Origin: a bacterium
GTDB taxonomy: Bacteria; UBA8248
DNA: 64,000 nucleotides
Reading direction: 5' to 3'
Assembly (NCBI GenBank): GCA_965219955.1
Contig: OZ244799.1
Span: forward strand, 4,032,001 to 4,096,000
Shown: piece by piece, positions 37,389 through 47,037 of the stretch
Numbering within the stretch: the stretch's first letter is position 1
How the letters are laid out: every line of letters begins with the position of its first letter
Made by a program: the position numbers and the translations under genes
The notes under the pieces: model-generated
Database searches by the model: none
The model's input: the letters and a program-made list of their open reading frames with translations, nothing else
What the model was told of the DNA's origin: nothing

Positions 37389-38522
37389 ATGACGCGCATC
37401 GCCACCACCCACGTCGGGTCGCTTCCCAGAAGCGAGCGGGCGCTTGATTTTCTCTTCGCCCGCGACCGGGAAGAACCCTACGACGCGGAAAAGTTCGCCG
37501 CCTGCATGGCGGAGGAATGCGCGGAGACGGTCCGCAAGCAGGTCGAAGCCGGGGTCGACATCGTCTCCGACGGCGAGACCTCCAAGATTTCCTACACCAC
37601 CTACGTCAAGAACCGCTACAACGGCTTCTCCGGCCAGAGCGAGCGGGCCGTGCCGGGGGACCTCAAGCTCTTCCCGCGCTATCTCGAACGCCTCGCGCGC
37701 GAAGGCGGGACGCCCAAGCTCGTCCGCCCGCGCTGCACCGGGCCGGTCGCGCCCAAGGACGACGCGGAGCTTCGGGCCGACATCGCCAATATGAAGGACG
37801 CGATGGCGGCGCATGGTGCGGCGCGCGGATTCCTGAACGCGGCGTCGCCCGGCGTGGTCGCGCTGTTCATGCCGAACGCCTACTACCCCTCACGCGAGGC
37901 CTATCTCGAGGCCCTCGCCGACGCGATGAAGGCGGAGTACGACGCGATACTCGCGGCCGGCTTCGACCTCCAGCTCGACTGCCCGGATTTGGGCCTTGCG
38001 CGCCACGTGCTGTATGAGGATCTTTCGGACGCCGAGTTCGGTGATATTGCGAAAGCCAATGTCGAGGTACTGAACCACGCGCTGCGCGACGCCGACCCGG
38101 CGCGGGTGCGGGTCCACATCTGCTGGGGCAACTACGAGGGGCCCCACGTGTGCGACGTGGGGCTTGACCACGTGTTCTCCGCCCTGATGTCGGTCCGCGC
38201 GCGCTACGTCCTGTTCGAGAACGCGAACCCGCGCCACGAGCACGAGTGGACGGTATTCCGCGACCGGAGCGACGAGATACCCGAGGAGAAAATACTCGTG
38301 CCCGGCGTCATCGACACGACGAGCAACTTCGTGGAGCATCCGGAACTCATCGCGCAGCGCATCGGGCGCTTCGTGGAACTCTTTGGTCCGGAGCGGGTTA
38401 TCGCCGGGACCGACTGCGGGTTCGGGACCTTCGCCGGCTTCGGGGCGGTCGATCCCGAGGTCGTCTACGTCAAGCTCGCGGCCCTGGCCGAGGGCGCCGC
38501 CATCGCGTCCGGGAGAATCTGA
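37389..38522 (+). CDS. Cobalamin-independent methionine synthase II-family protein
   Basis: THVGSLPR, SDGE, HICWGNYEGPH, ENANPRH, PGVID, TDCGF. Confidence 0.9.
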   Translation: MTRIATTHVGSLPRSERALDFLFARDREEPYDAEKFAACMAEECAETVRKQVEAGVDIVSDGETSKISYTTYVKNRYNGFSGQSERAVPGDLKLFPRYLERLAREGGTPKLVRPRCTGPVAPKDDAELRADIANMKDAMAAHGAARGFLNAASPGVVALFMPNAYYPSREAYLEALADAMKAEYDAILAAGFDLQLDCPDLGLARHVLYEDLSDAEFGDIAKANVEVLNHALRDADPARVRVHICWGNYEGPHVCDVGLDHVFSALMSVRARYVLFENANPRHEHEWTVFRDRSDEIPEEKILVPGVIDTTSNFVEHPELIAQRIGRFVELFGPERVIAGTDCGFGTFAGFGAVDPEVVYVKLAALAEGAAIASGRI

Positions 38523-38563
38523 GGCGCGCTGGAAGCGGCAGCCGCAGCCGGAGGCTTCTTTCC

Positions 38564-38802
38564 GGGGCTGTTGAAAAAGTCACCCTCCTCAGGGGATAAA
38601 AGCACCCCCCCCTACCCCCCCTTGTCAGGGGGGCAAGAAAAAGCAAAGTCCCTCAACCCGGTGGGGGCGTATCGCCTTTTTATACCCCCCTGACAAGGGG
38701 GGGTAGGGGGGTTGGTTTCAAAGAGGGAGGTCGGGGGTTCGCGCGAAAGCGGTCTTCCCCCTAAAGGCGATGTCCACCGACGAGGGGTTTTTCAACAGCC
38801 CC
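38564..38802. mobile_element. MITE with IS5/IS1182-type TIRs carrying a CCCCCTGACAAGGGGG palindrome
   Basis: GGGGCTGTTGAAAAAGTC...GGTTTTTCAACAGCCCC; a partial CGTC palindrome follows to about 38850. Confidence 0.8.
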
Positions 38803-38924
38803 ATTGTCATTCCGTTTGAGAATGGATTCCGGCTTTCGCCGGAATGACGGCGGTGGTCATCTCTGACAGGTCTTGCATGGTGACCTGTTTGTGAACTATA
38901 TTTGGTTCGATAAGGAGGGAGCCA

Positions 38925-39200
38925 ATGAGCCTGTCCAGCCGAATCAAGCCAATCAGTTATCTCAAGGCCCACGCTTCGGAGATTGTGCGCACGCTTCGCG
39001 ACGAAGGGGAACCCTTGATCATTACCCAGAACGGCGTAGCCAAGGCGGTCGTGCAGGATATTGACGCTTACGAGCAAATGCAGGAGACCGTGGCGCTGCT
39101 CAAGATCCTCGCGCTTGGCAGCCGCCAGATCGAGGAGGGCCGGGTGCAACCAGCCGCCGACATCATCGCGCGGCTGCGGGAGCGGCGACAGACTTCCTGA
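38925..39200 (+). CDS. Phd/YefM antitoxin
   Basis: IKPISYLKAHASEIV..PLIITQNGVAKAVV. Confidence 0.92.
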   Translation: MSLSSRIKPISYLKAHASEIVRTLRDEGEPLIITQNGVAKAVVQDIDAYEQMQETVALLKILALGSRQIEEGRVQPAADIIARLRERRQTS

Positions 39201-39526
39201 TGCCCTTTTCGGTGCAGTTGACCGATGACGCGGAGCGCGACCTGGAGGAACTCTGCGATTACATCGAAAGACACGATACGCCGGGAAGGGCGGATCATGT
39301 TTTGGAGCAACTCGAAAAGGTGTTCGACAACCTGTCCGCGCATCCCCACCGGGGAAACTATCCGAAAGAATTGCTGGAGGTCGGGATTCGGGAGTACCGT
39401 GAAGTCTTTTTCAAGCCCTATCGCGTTATCTACCAAGTGATGGAAAACGAGGTCTACGTGCTCCTGATCGCAGACGGGCGGCGCGACATGCAGACGTTGC
39501 TGCAGCGGCGCTTGCTGGGGGCGTGA
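39200..39526 (+). CDS. RelE/ParE family toxin
   Basis: LTDDAERDLEEL.DYI, P.RG.YPKEL, YRVIY, DGRRDM; overlaps the antitoxin stop. Confidence 0.92.
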   Translation: MPFSVQLTDDAERDLEELCDYIERHDTPGRADHVLEQLEKVFDNLSAHPHRGNYPKELLEVGIREYREVFFKPYRVIYQVMENEVYVLLIADGRRDMQTLLQRRLLGA

Positions 39527-39639
39527 CCCTGTCTCACCAGCTTGTCCAAGGCGAACTTCACTCCGCGCCCCCGGCCAGCCCTTGATGTCAGGGCTGACCG
39601 GAGGCCGTTGTTCGGCCTCGCGCGACTACCGCGAAGCGG

Positions 39640-40602
39640 CTATTTCTTCTTCACGAGCTTGTCCACGAGCGCCTTCATATTGGCGTTTTCTTTCACCAGG
39701 AAGGACTCGAAGTTCTTCCCGCTCATGTAGATCACCCGCTCGCCCATGCGCTTCACCATGGACTGGAAGGATTTGTCCTTCACCCCCTTGTCGAATGCCG
39801 CCCGGAGCTTGGCCAGGATGTCCGCGGGCGTCTTCTTGGACGCGAAGACCGTCCGGAACATGGCGAACTGCACGTCGAAGCCCTGCTCCTTCATGGTGGG
39901 CAGGTCGGGGAGTTGCGGCAGCCGGTCCGGCGCCGTGATGGCGAGAACGCGGACATTTCCCTTGGAGAGCTGGGGCGTCACCGTGGAGGCGAAGGCGGGG
40001 GCGATGTCGATGTGCCCGCCGAGGAAGGCCTTCCAGGTGGGGCCGCCGCCCTGGAACGGAACGAACTTGAGCTTGATGCCCGCCTTGAGCGCGAGAAGCT
40101 CCATGGGAATCTGGTCCACCCCCAGGCCGGGGACGCCGCCGAAGGAGATCTTGCCCGGCCTGCGCCTGGCGTCCTCGATCAGGTCGCGCAGGTTCTTCCA
40201 GGGGGCGTCTTTCTTCACGGTGATGAGCAGGGGGCTGTAGTTGATTCGCCCCACCGGCACGAAGGACGCCGAGGTGTAGGGAAGGCTCTCGATGAGAGGC
40301 TTCACCAGGATGCTCTGCTGGTCGCCCAGGATCAGCGTGTGGCCGTCCGCCCGCGCGCGGGCCACGAAGCTCGCTCCGATGGAGCCGCCGCCGCCCGCCC
40401 GGATGACCGCGAGCATCGGCTGGCCCAGATAGGGTTCCATGACGCTCGCGAAGGCGCGCGCGTGCGCGTCGTGCGAGCCGCCCGGCGAATAGGGAATGAC
40501 CAGCCGGACGGGCTTGTTCGGGAACTTCGCCGCTTCTGAGTGGGTCGGCGCCAGCCACAGCGCCATGGCCGCGATGAGCAATACTGCCGAGAGTCGTTTC
40601 AT
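39640..40602 (-). CDS. tctC: TctC/Bug substrate-binding protein
   Basis: FPNKPVRLVIPYSPGGSHD, ADGHTL, FVPFQGGG. Confidence 0.92.
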   Translation of the reverse strand: MKRLSAVLLIAAMALWLAPTHSEAAKFPNKPVRLVIPYSPGGSHDAHARAFASVMEPYLGQPMLAVIRAGGGGSIGASFVARARADGHTLILGDQQSILVKPLIESLPYTSASFVPVGRINYSPLLITVKKDAPWKNLRDLIEDARRRPGKISFGGVPGLGVDQIPMELLALKAGIKLKFVPFQGGGPTWKAFLGGHIDIAPAFASTVTPQLSKGNVRVLAITAPDRLPQLPDLPTMKEQGFDVQFAMFRTVFASKKTPADILAKLRAAFDKGVKDKSFQSMVKRMGERVIYMSGKNFESFLVKENANMKALVDKLVKKK

Positions 40603-40671
40603 GGTGAGTCCCTCCTGTGGGTTGTGGTTGCCTTCTCTGAAATCACGCGCCCAGATTCAGTGAAATCCTCC

Positions 40672-42177
40672 TCATTCATCGCTGCCCAGCGGGGTTCGGC
40701 GGCGGGCGCCCCAGACGACGAACCCCGCGGCCAGCAAGAGGAAAACGAGCGAAATCGGCCGGCGGACGAACAGGGAGAGGTCGCCGTCTCCCAGAATGAG
40801 CGATTGTCCGAGGGAAGACTCGAACGCCTTCCCCAGAATGAAGGTGATGATCAGGGGCGCGACCGGGAAATCGAATTTCCTGAGAAAATAGCCCACCGCA
40901 CCGAATACCAGCATCACCTTCACGTCGAAGAAGCTGTTGTTCAGCGCGTATGTCCCCACCACGCAGAACGCCGCCACCACGGGGAAGACCGCCCGTTTCG
41001 GGAACCGCGCGATCATGGCCACGTAGCGCAGGCTGAAATGCCCGAGGAGGAGCATGAGGGCGTTGCAGAGCAGCATGGCGATCAGGATGCTGTAGACGAT
41101 CGCGCCGTGCTCCTCGAACAGGCGCGGCCCCGGCCGGAGCCCCTGCACCATGAAGGCGGCGAAGAGCACCGCGGTCACGATGTCGCCCGGGATGCCGAAG
41201 CTGAGCAGGGGGATGAGGCTCGAGCCGTTGACCGCGTTGTTGCCGGTCTCGGCGGCCGCCACCCCCTCGAGCGATCCCTTCCCGAACCGCTCGGGCTCCT
41301 TCGACCTCCGGTGGGCCAGGCCGTAGGAGACGAACGCGGACACCACCTGGCCCAGGCCCGGTATCGCGCCGATGATCGTGCCGACCACCGCCGAGCGCGA
41401 GATCGTCCGGCCGCAGCTCTTGAACTCCTCCAGGGTCAGGGGTTCGTTGCCCTCGGCGCGCCACGCGGTCATTCGCATCTCGTCCTCGGCCGCCCGCTCC
41501 TCGCGGGTCCTCTCTCCGTAGAGGAAGATTTCCGACAGCGCGAAGATTCCGATCAGCATCGCGATGAACGAGATTCCCCCGGTCAGGTCCACCGAGCCGA
41601 AGGTGAAGCGCCGCACCCCGATCAGGGGGTCGAGGCCGATCGAACTCAGGAACAGCCCGAGGGCGGCGGCCATCAGCCCCCGGATCACCGAGCGGCCCGT
41701 GACGCAGCTGATGATGGCGAAGCTGAATACGAAGATGGCGAAATATTCAGGCGGCCCCACCAGGAGGGCGACCGCCGCGATGGCGCCCGCGATGAAGATG
41801 GTGACGACGTCGCTGAAGGTGTCCCCGATGACGGAGGAATAGAGCGCCATCTCGAGGGCCTTCCTCGCCTTGCCCTGCTGGGCGAGGGGGTAGCCGTCCA
41901 GGACGGTGGCGGCGGCCGCTCCCGTCCCCGGCGTGTTGATGAGGATCGCGGGTATCGACCCGCCGAATATCGCTCCCTTGGTGATGGCCAGGAGGAAGGG
42001 AATCCCGAGAACGGGTTCGACGAAGAAGGAGATCGGCAGCAGAACCGCCACCGCCATGGCGGCCGTGAGGCCGGGGAGGCCGCCCACCACGATCCCCAGC
42101 AGCATCCCGATCACCAGGACGGCGAGCACGTCGAAGCGCAGGCACAGGAGCAGGCCTTCCGCCAGCTGGGCCCACAT
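40672..42177 (-). CDS. tctA: TTT large permease TctA
   Basis: GGLPGL, GGSIPAILINTPGT, DGYPLAQQG, ETGNNA, GIPGD. Confidence 0.95.
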   Translation of the reverse strand: MWAQLAEGLLLCLRFDVLAVLVIGMLLGIVVGGLPGLTAAMAVAVLLPISFFVEPVLGIPFLLAITKGAIFGGSIPAILINTPGTGAAAATVLDGYPLAQQGKARKALEMALYSSVIGDTFSDVVTIFIAGAIAAVALLVGPPEYFAIFVFSFAIISCVTGRSVIRGLMAAALGLFLSSIGLDPLIGVRRFTFGSVDLTGGISFIAMLIGIFALSEIFLYGERTREERAAEDEMRMTAWRAEGNEPLTLEEFKSCGRTISRSAVVGTIIGAIPGLGQVVSAFVSYGLAHRRSKEPERFGKGSLEGVAAAETGNNAVNGSSLIPLLSFGIPGDIVTAVLFAAFMVQGLRPGPRLFEEHGAIVYSILIAMLLCNALMLLLGHFSLRYVAMIARFPKRAVFPVVAAFCVVGTYALNNSFFDVKVMLVFGAVGYFLRKFDFPVAPLIITFILGKAFESSLGQSLILGDGDLSLFVRRPISLVFLLLAAGFVVWGARRRTPLGSDE

Positions 42178-42178
42178 C

Positions 42179-42670
42179 CTAGAAGACCCCGCCGAAAAGC
42201 CTGCCTTCCGGCAGCACGACGCCCAGAAAATGTCCGAAGAACACCCAGATGAACAGCGGGGTGAGCAAGACGATCAGCGCGAGGGTCCGCCATTCGCGCA
42301 TCCCGAGCTGAAAGGCGAACAGGGCGACCGCGACGGGGGTGGCGGGGAGCATCCCGAACCATTCGACCAGGAGGATGTAGAGGACGAAGGTGGCGGCCGG
42401 CGCCAGGGCGCGGGTCCGAAGCGGCCCGCCGGGAAGCGGCTCACGCCCGGAGGAGGGGGCGAACCAGCTCCGCGCGGCCATCAGGGCGGCCATGAGCGCC
42501 AGCAGGGAGAGGGCCAGAGCGGGGAAGGCGCCGGGCGGGAACGGGATGGTGCGCTCCCCCACCTTTCGAATCAGCACCTGGCTGGGTATCAGCGCAAGCC
42601 CTGTCAGGCTGAAGGCGAGAACGAAAAGCCCTACCCACGTCTCCCAGTGGAATCGCTTCATTGCGCACAT
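42179..42670 (-). CDS. tctB: TTT small permease TctB
   Basis: About four TM segments, PGAFP, LPEG. Confidence 0.85.
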   Translation of the reverse strand: MCAMKRFHWETWVGLFVLAFSLTGLALIPSQVLIRKVGERTIPFPPGAFPALALSLLALMAALMAARSWFAPSSGREPLPGGPLRTRALAPAATFVLYILLVEWFGMLPATPVAVALFAFQLGMREWRTLALIVLLTPLFIWVFFGHFLGVVLPEGRLFGGVF

Positions 42671-43082
42671 CCTCCAGCCGGGCGCTCACCACATCGAGGC
42701 CCGCTCGCAGAGAAAAGCGGCGCAACTACCGACCTGACGCTCCCCCGCGGAAAACGGCCCGGCGAAGGATCACGCTTCCGGCGGCCTCTTTGGGGGGCCG
42801 GGGGAGCCGTCATTTCGATTTCTGCTATGAACACAGATTACGGGAGCGCAATCTCCGGGTCAAACGCGGGCGAGGAGGGGTTGTTGAAAAAGTCTTGATC
42901 CCGTGATTCGGCGTATGCGGCCGATCGGGGAGGGGGTCCGTAGGGATAGGCCGCGGCCTTGGCCCGTTCACAAGAACGGCCCACTACGAGGCGGTGCGGT
43001 TTTGTTCGTCCCGGACTTTGGAGCCATCTTGTCGCTTGGCCTATTACAGGTTATATTACTGGTAATAACGAGGAGGTCAATC

Positions 43083-43385
43083 ATGAGCGACATATCCCGG
43101 AGACGTGCGACAAAAAAATATCGGAGCCGTTTGACGGAACGCGGCATGGCCCGCTTCGAGGTCCTCGGGCGCGACGCTGACAAAGAGCTTATCCGCTCGC
43201 TGGCCAGACGTTTGGCAGAGGACTGTCCGGAAGCCGATCGTCTGAGGAGCGTCGTCAGACAGGGCGTCACGGGGAAACCGCCACGGAAAGGCGGAATCCT
43301 TGAAGCACTGCGCCGCTCGCCGCTCGTCGGCGCCGAAGTTATTGCGTCCCGTCCATTCGAGTCCGGTCGCAAGGTTGATCTGTGA
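43083..43385 (+). CDS. Antitoxin partner of VapC
   Basis: RRRATKKYRSRL..RFEV..KGGILEALRRSPLVG; GGAGG RBS; GTGA overlap with vapC. Confidence 0.75.
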   Translation: MSDISRRRATKKYRSRLTERGMARFEVLGRDADKELIRSLARRLAEDCPEADRLRSVVRQGVTGKPPRKGGILEALRRSPLVGAEVIASRPFESGRKVDL

Positions 43386-43816
43386 GCCAGTATCTTCTTG
43401 ACACCAATATCATCAGCAGTGTCACGAAGCCCGCGCCACCGGAGTCTCTGCTGGCCTGGATGGCCGAGCAGGCTGACGAAAATCTCTTCATATCCGCACT
43501 CACCATCGCGGAGGTCCGACGCGGCATACTGGAGAAGCCTGCCGGTCGTAAACGTGATCAACTTGAAGCGTGGTTCACAGGTCCGGAAGGTCCATCGGCT
43601 CTTTTCGCCGGTCGCGTCCTCCCCTTCGACGAGAGGGCCGCTCTCGTATGGGCAAGACTGATGGCGGAAGGCAAGGCGCATGGCCGTTCCCGCAGCGCGC
43701 TCGACACGATCATCGCGGCGGTCGCGGAAGCCAATGAATGTATCGTCGTGACCGACAATGAGAGGGACTTCATCGGCGTCGAGACGTTCAACCCGCTTCG
43801 AAACGCGGCGCGATGA
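43382..43816 (+). CDS. vapC: VapC PIN-domain toxin
   Basis: YLLDTNIIS, ISALTIAEV..G, DTIIAA, VTDNERDF, NP. Confidence 0.93.
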   Translation: MSQYLLDTNIISSVTKPAPPESLLAWMAEQADENLFISALTIAEVRRGILEKPAGRKRDQLEAWFTGPEGPSALFAGRVLPFDERAALVWARLMAEGKAHGRSRSALDTIIAAVAEANECIVVTDNERDFIGVETFNPLRNAAR

Positions 43817-43912
43817 AAAAGCGAGTGCTCAGTTTGTATGCCACCAATGACTACAATTTTGGAATTCGGTGATTCTTAACCTATTGATTTATAAGGCTAT
43901 AAACCCCTGATA

Positions 43913-44004
43913 TGGCGGAGAGAGAGGGATTCGAACCCTCGAGGCCGGTTTCCCAGCCTACTCGCTTAGCAGGCGAGCGCCTTCAGCCACTCGGCCATCT
44001 CTCC
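43913..44004 (-). tRNA. tRNA-Ser(GCT)
   Basis: GGAGAGATGGCCGAGTGG...CTGCTAA...long variable arm...GGTTCGAATCC...CCA. Confidence 0.95.
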
Positions 44005-44075
44005 GCGAGAGAGCGTCATTCTATATCACAAGAGGGGGCGGCGGCTATCCTCCGCAGGAGAAATCGGCTCCTCGT

Positions 44076-44428
44076 GGGGTTGTTGGAAAAGCCTGATCCA
44101 TCGGGTTCGATATGTAGGGGCGGACCTATGTGTCCGCCCAATCGCTCGGATGAAAACACGGAAAACCGGGGAACACACAGGGCGGACACGCAGATCCGCC
44201 CCTACGAAAACCGTAAACCCTCCTTCCCTCATCGGGACTGGCCCTGCTGCCGTCATTCCGGCGAAAGCCGGAATCCATTTGCGGGTGCGGGTGAATACAC
44301 GACGGCGTTTCATTCTCTGGCGATGGCGGGAACCCTGACGAAAGGCAAAAGGCGTAAAATGGATTCCGGCTTTCGCCGGAATGACGGCGGTGGTCAATTT
44401 CGAGCAATGAGGATTTTTCAACAACCCC
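44076..44428. mobile_element. MITE with IS5/IS1182-type TIRs carrying GTAG and CGTC doublets
   Basis: GGGGTTGTTGGAAAAGCC...GGATTTTTCAACAACCCC; a further GTAG palindrome at 44448-44475. Confidence 0.75.
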
Positions 44429-44508
44429 GTCTTTGCCGGATTGAACCGTAGGGGCGGTTCGCGAACCGCCCCTACAAACCCCTTCATGACGCGACATCGC
44501 CCGGCGGC

Positions 44509-46887
44509 TCAGAACGCCCTTTGCCAGCCGGCGAGGAACGTGAGCCTCGACCCGGCGGAGGCGCTGTGGCCGGGGTTCCGGCTCCAGACGACGCCGAGGC
44601 GCAGCCGCCCGTCCGCCAGCGGCCTCTCCCAGCTTGCGGCAACGTCGATCTGGCGCTCATCGGGCGCGAGTGGCGAGACGATGGACGTATGCAGCACCCT
44701 CCCCAGTTTCGTTCTGGCCACCGGAAGCGTCAGCGACGCCCGGCCGTTCTCGACGCGCAGGGGCTGCGCCAGGGAGAGGCGCACGGTGTCCTTGTCGGTA
44801 ACGGCGGCGCGCGCGTGCAGCGCGAACGCGCTGGTCGTCATGGGCGAGACCTCCCCGATGAGCCCGCCTCTCGCTTGCGGACGCGCGCGTCCCCATTCCG
44901 CGCCGGCCCCGAGCCGCCACGCGCCGAGCCTCACGTCCCCCTCGAGGCGGATGAAGGCGGTATCCGCCGCCAGTGACCCGAAGGCCCCGTGCCCCTCGCC
45001 TCCGAGAATGGTCTCATCCTCGGTGATCCAGCCGACGCGGAGGCCGAGCGGCGAGCCTTCCGGGCGCCAGCCCAGCGTCCCGCCCGCCGCGTCATGCTCC
45101 CGGTTCGTCCCGAACACCGAGGCGGAAAGCCCGGCCCGTCCCTCGAGGGTCGCCATCATCCCCCCCTCGGCGATCGAGAGGTGGCCGCCTCCGGCTTCCG
45201 TCGACGTCTCCTGAACACTGACCCCCCGCCACTCGGGAGCCTCGCGCCTCCCGCCCGCGAGAAAGCCCCGGACCCGCGCGTCCACGGGCGGACCGCTCGC
45301 CGTCGCCACGAAATCGCCCAGCCTGTACCAGAAGGGCGCGCCCAGATCGTCGAGCGCCATGATCTCGTGGTTCCCGACCGAGCGGGCGAGTCCGTTCCCG
45401 AGCGGCGCCCCGAGACTCAGGCGCGTGGCGCGCAGGTTGTTCCCGGCCCGGTTCGCGTTCACGGCGACCGGAACCCCCAGGACGCCCACGGGGTGGGTGG
45501 CGGCGGCGAGGTCGAGTTTCCCCCTGCCGTAGACGGCCCTGTTCGCGTAGGCGCCGGTGTCGTCGGCGGTCTCGAGGAGGCGCGTCACCAGTTCGGTGTT
45601 CGAGAGCTGATCCCGGAAGAGTTGCTTCATGATCGCGAGCCCGCCCGAAACCATCGGCGCGGCGACGGAGGTTCCGCTGCTCCTCCCGACGCTCCGGATG
45701 GGCCGGGACGTGTCGGGATGGGGTCCGAAATAGGCGACCCGGACGTCTTCTCCGGGCGCCGCGATGCAATAGTCCGCCGCGATGCCGCAGCGGTTGGAGA
45801 AGTCCGCGATGGTTCCGCCCGGCCCCAGCGCCGCGACGGCGACCGTATGCCCCCGAAGCTCCTCGACCCGCGCGGCGAGGCCCGCCAGCACCTCGGGCGA
45901 AACGGCGTTGATTTTCCCGTTCTCGCAGTGGGCCACGGACGAAGCGCATGAACTTCCGTGGGCGTTGCCGGCCGCCCAGACGAAAATCGCCTTATCAATG
46001 GCGTCCGCCTGCGCCATCGCGGTGATCGCTTGCCCCAGGGTCGTGCGGAGGTCGGCCTCATTGTAGTCGTCGATGATGCCCTGGTAGCTGATGCTCAGGT
46101 TCAGGATGTCCACGCGCCTGCCGCCGTTTCGCCACGCCAGGACCCGGTTGAGCCGCGACGCCCACGAGGTGTCCGCGTCTCCCGGGCTCGCGAGAGAGAC
46201 GGGGTCGTAGTCGCCCTCCGGGCTTCCTGTGGGAATGGCGAACATGGCGATGTCGGCGCCCCAGGCGACGCCATGCGGGCCGGTGGGGACGAAATGGTCC
46301 CGGATCCCGGCGGCGACGCTCGCGACGGCCGTGCCGTGAGAGAAGTTGGCGCCCGTCTCGTTCGGGGTAGCTCCCAGGAACACCTCGGTGACCGCCTTGC
46401 CCGCGAACATCCGGTGCGAGGTATCGATGCCGCTGTCGAGGAAGCCGATGGTCACGCCTGACCCCGGAGAGGTGTTTTCCCCCTTGAGCAGGTGGACGTG
46501 GGCGTAGGCCCGGTCCGCGCCGATAGCCGCGAGGCCCGGCTGGTTCCTGAAATTCCGGTGTGCGGCGTATGCGCCGGCGAGCCGCCGCGCCCGGCTGTTG
46601 AAATCGTCGACCGAGGGGCAGGTCCCGTCATGGAGCGGAACGCATTCCTGCGTCGGCGGCGGTGGTGGCGGCTGCGGCGGCTGTACGGGCTCTTGCGGGG
46701 GTGGCTGGGGCTGCGGGGTTTCGGGCGTCACCGCGGCTTGTGTGCGCACTCCCGATCCGCCGCCCCCGCCGCAGTTCGTGAGAACGAGCATCGCGCAAAG
46801 GAGGACGGCGCAGGCGGAGGCCCGGTACGAATAAGCGCCGTTCGCGCCTGCCCTGTCACCACCTTTGCCTGACCTGGGAGTCCCCAT
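44509..46887 (-). CDS. S8 subtilisin-like serine peptidase, autotransporter-like
   Basis: Catalytic motifs GFLDSG, HGTAVAS, SGTSVAAP; lipobox-like LTNCGGG; Pro/Gln linker; C-terminal barrel-like region ending in Phe; start uncertain. Confidence 0.88.
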   Translation of the reverse strand: MGTPRSGKGGDRAGANGAYSYRASACAVLLCAMLVLTNCGGGGGSGVRTQAAVTPETPQPQPPPQEPVQPPQPPPPPPTQECVPLHDGTCPSVDDFNSRARRLAGAYAAHRNFRNQPGLAAIGADRAYAHVHLLKGENTSPGSGVTIGFLDSGIDTSHRMFAGKAVTEVFLGATPNETGANFSHGTAVASVAAGIRDHFVPTGPHGVAWGADIAMFAIPTGSPEGDYDPVSLASPGDADTSWASRLNRVLAWRNGGRRVDILNLSISYQGIIDDYNEADLRTTLGQAITAMAQADAIDKAIFVWAAGNAHGSSCASSVAHCENGKINAVSPEVLAGLAARVEELRGHTVAVAALGPGGTIADFSNRCGIAADYCIAAPGEDVRVAYFGPHPDTSRPIRSVGRSSGTSVAAPMVSGGLAIMKQLFRDQLSNTELVTRLLETADDTGAYANRAVYGRGKLDLAAATHPVGVLGVPVAVNANRAGNNLRATRLSLGAPLGNGLARSVGNHEIMALDDLGAPFWYRLGDFVATASGPPVDARVRGFLAGGRREAPEWRGVSVQETSTEAGGGHLSIAEGGMMATLEGRAGLSASVFGTNREHDAAGGTLGWRPEGSPLGLRVGWITEDETILGGEGHGAFGSLAADTAFIRLEGDVRLGAWRLGAGAEWGRARPQARGGLIGEVSPMTTSAFALHARAAVTDKDTVRLSLAQPLRVENGRASLTLPVARTKLGRVLHTSIVSPLAPDERQIDVAASWERPLADGRLRLGVVWSRNPGHSASAGSRLTFLAGWQRAF

Positions 46888-47037
46888 GTCGCTTTCCTGT
46901 CCCCTCGACCGCCTTTGTCGGTCGCCGTCCGGTGGACTGCATGCCATGGCGCCATTCTGCAGAAATGTTCCGGGCAAGTATAGCGGCGAGTCGGGGCGTT
47001 GTGTGGACGGCGTTCCGGCGCGGCCCGTGAAAAGGGG

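Noticed and set aside
43912-44497. ORFs across the tRNA and repeat regions (also 28003-28479, 24132-24404, 18807-19071)
   Set aside because: They are translations of tRNA and palindromic repeats (e.g. VGTGLRACP, MDSGFRRND).
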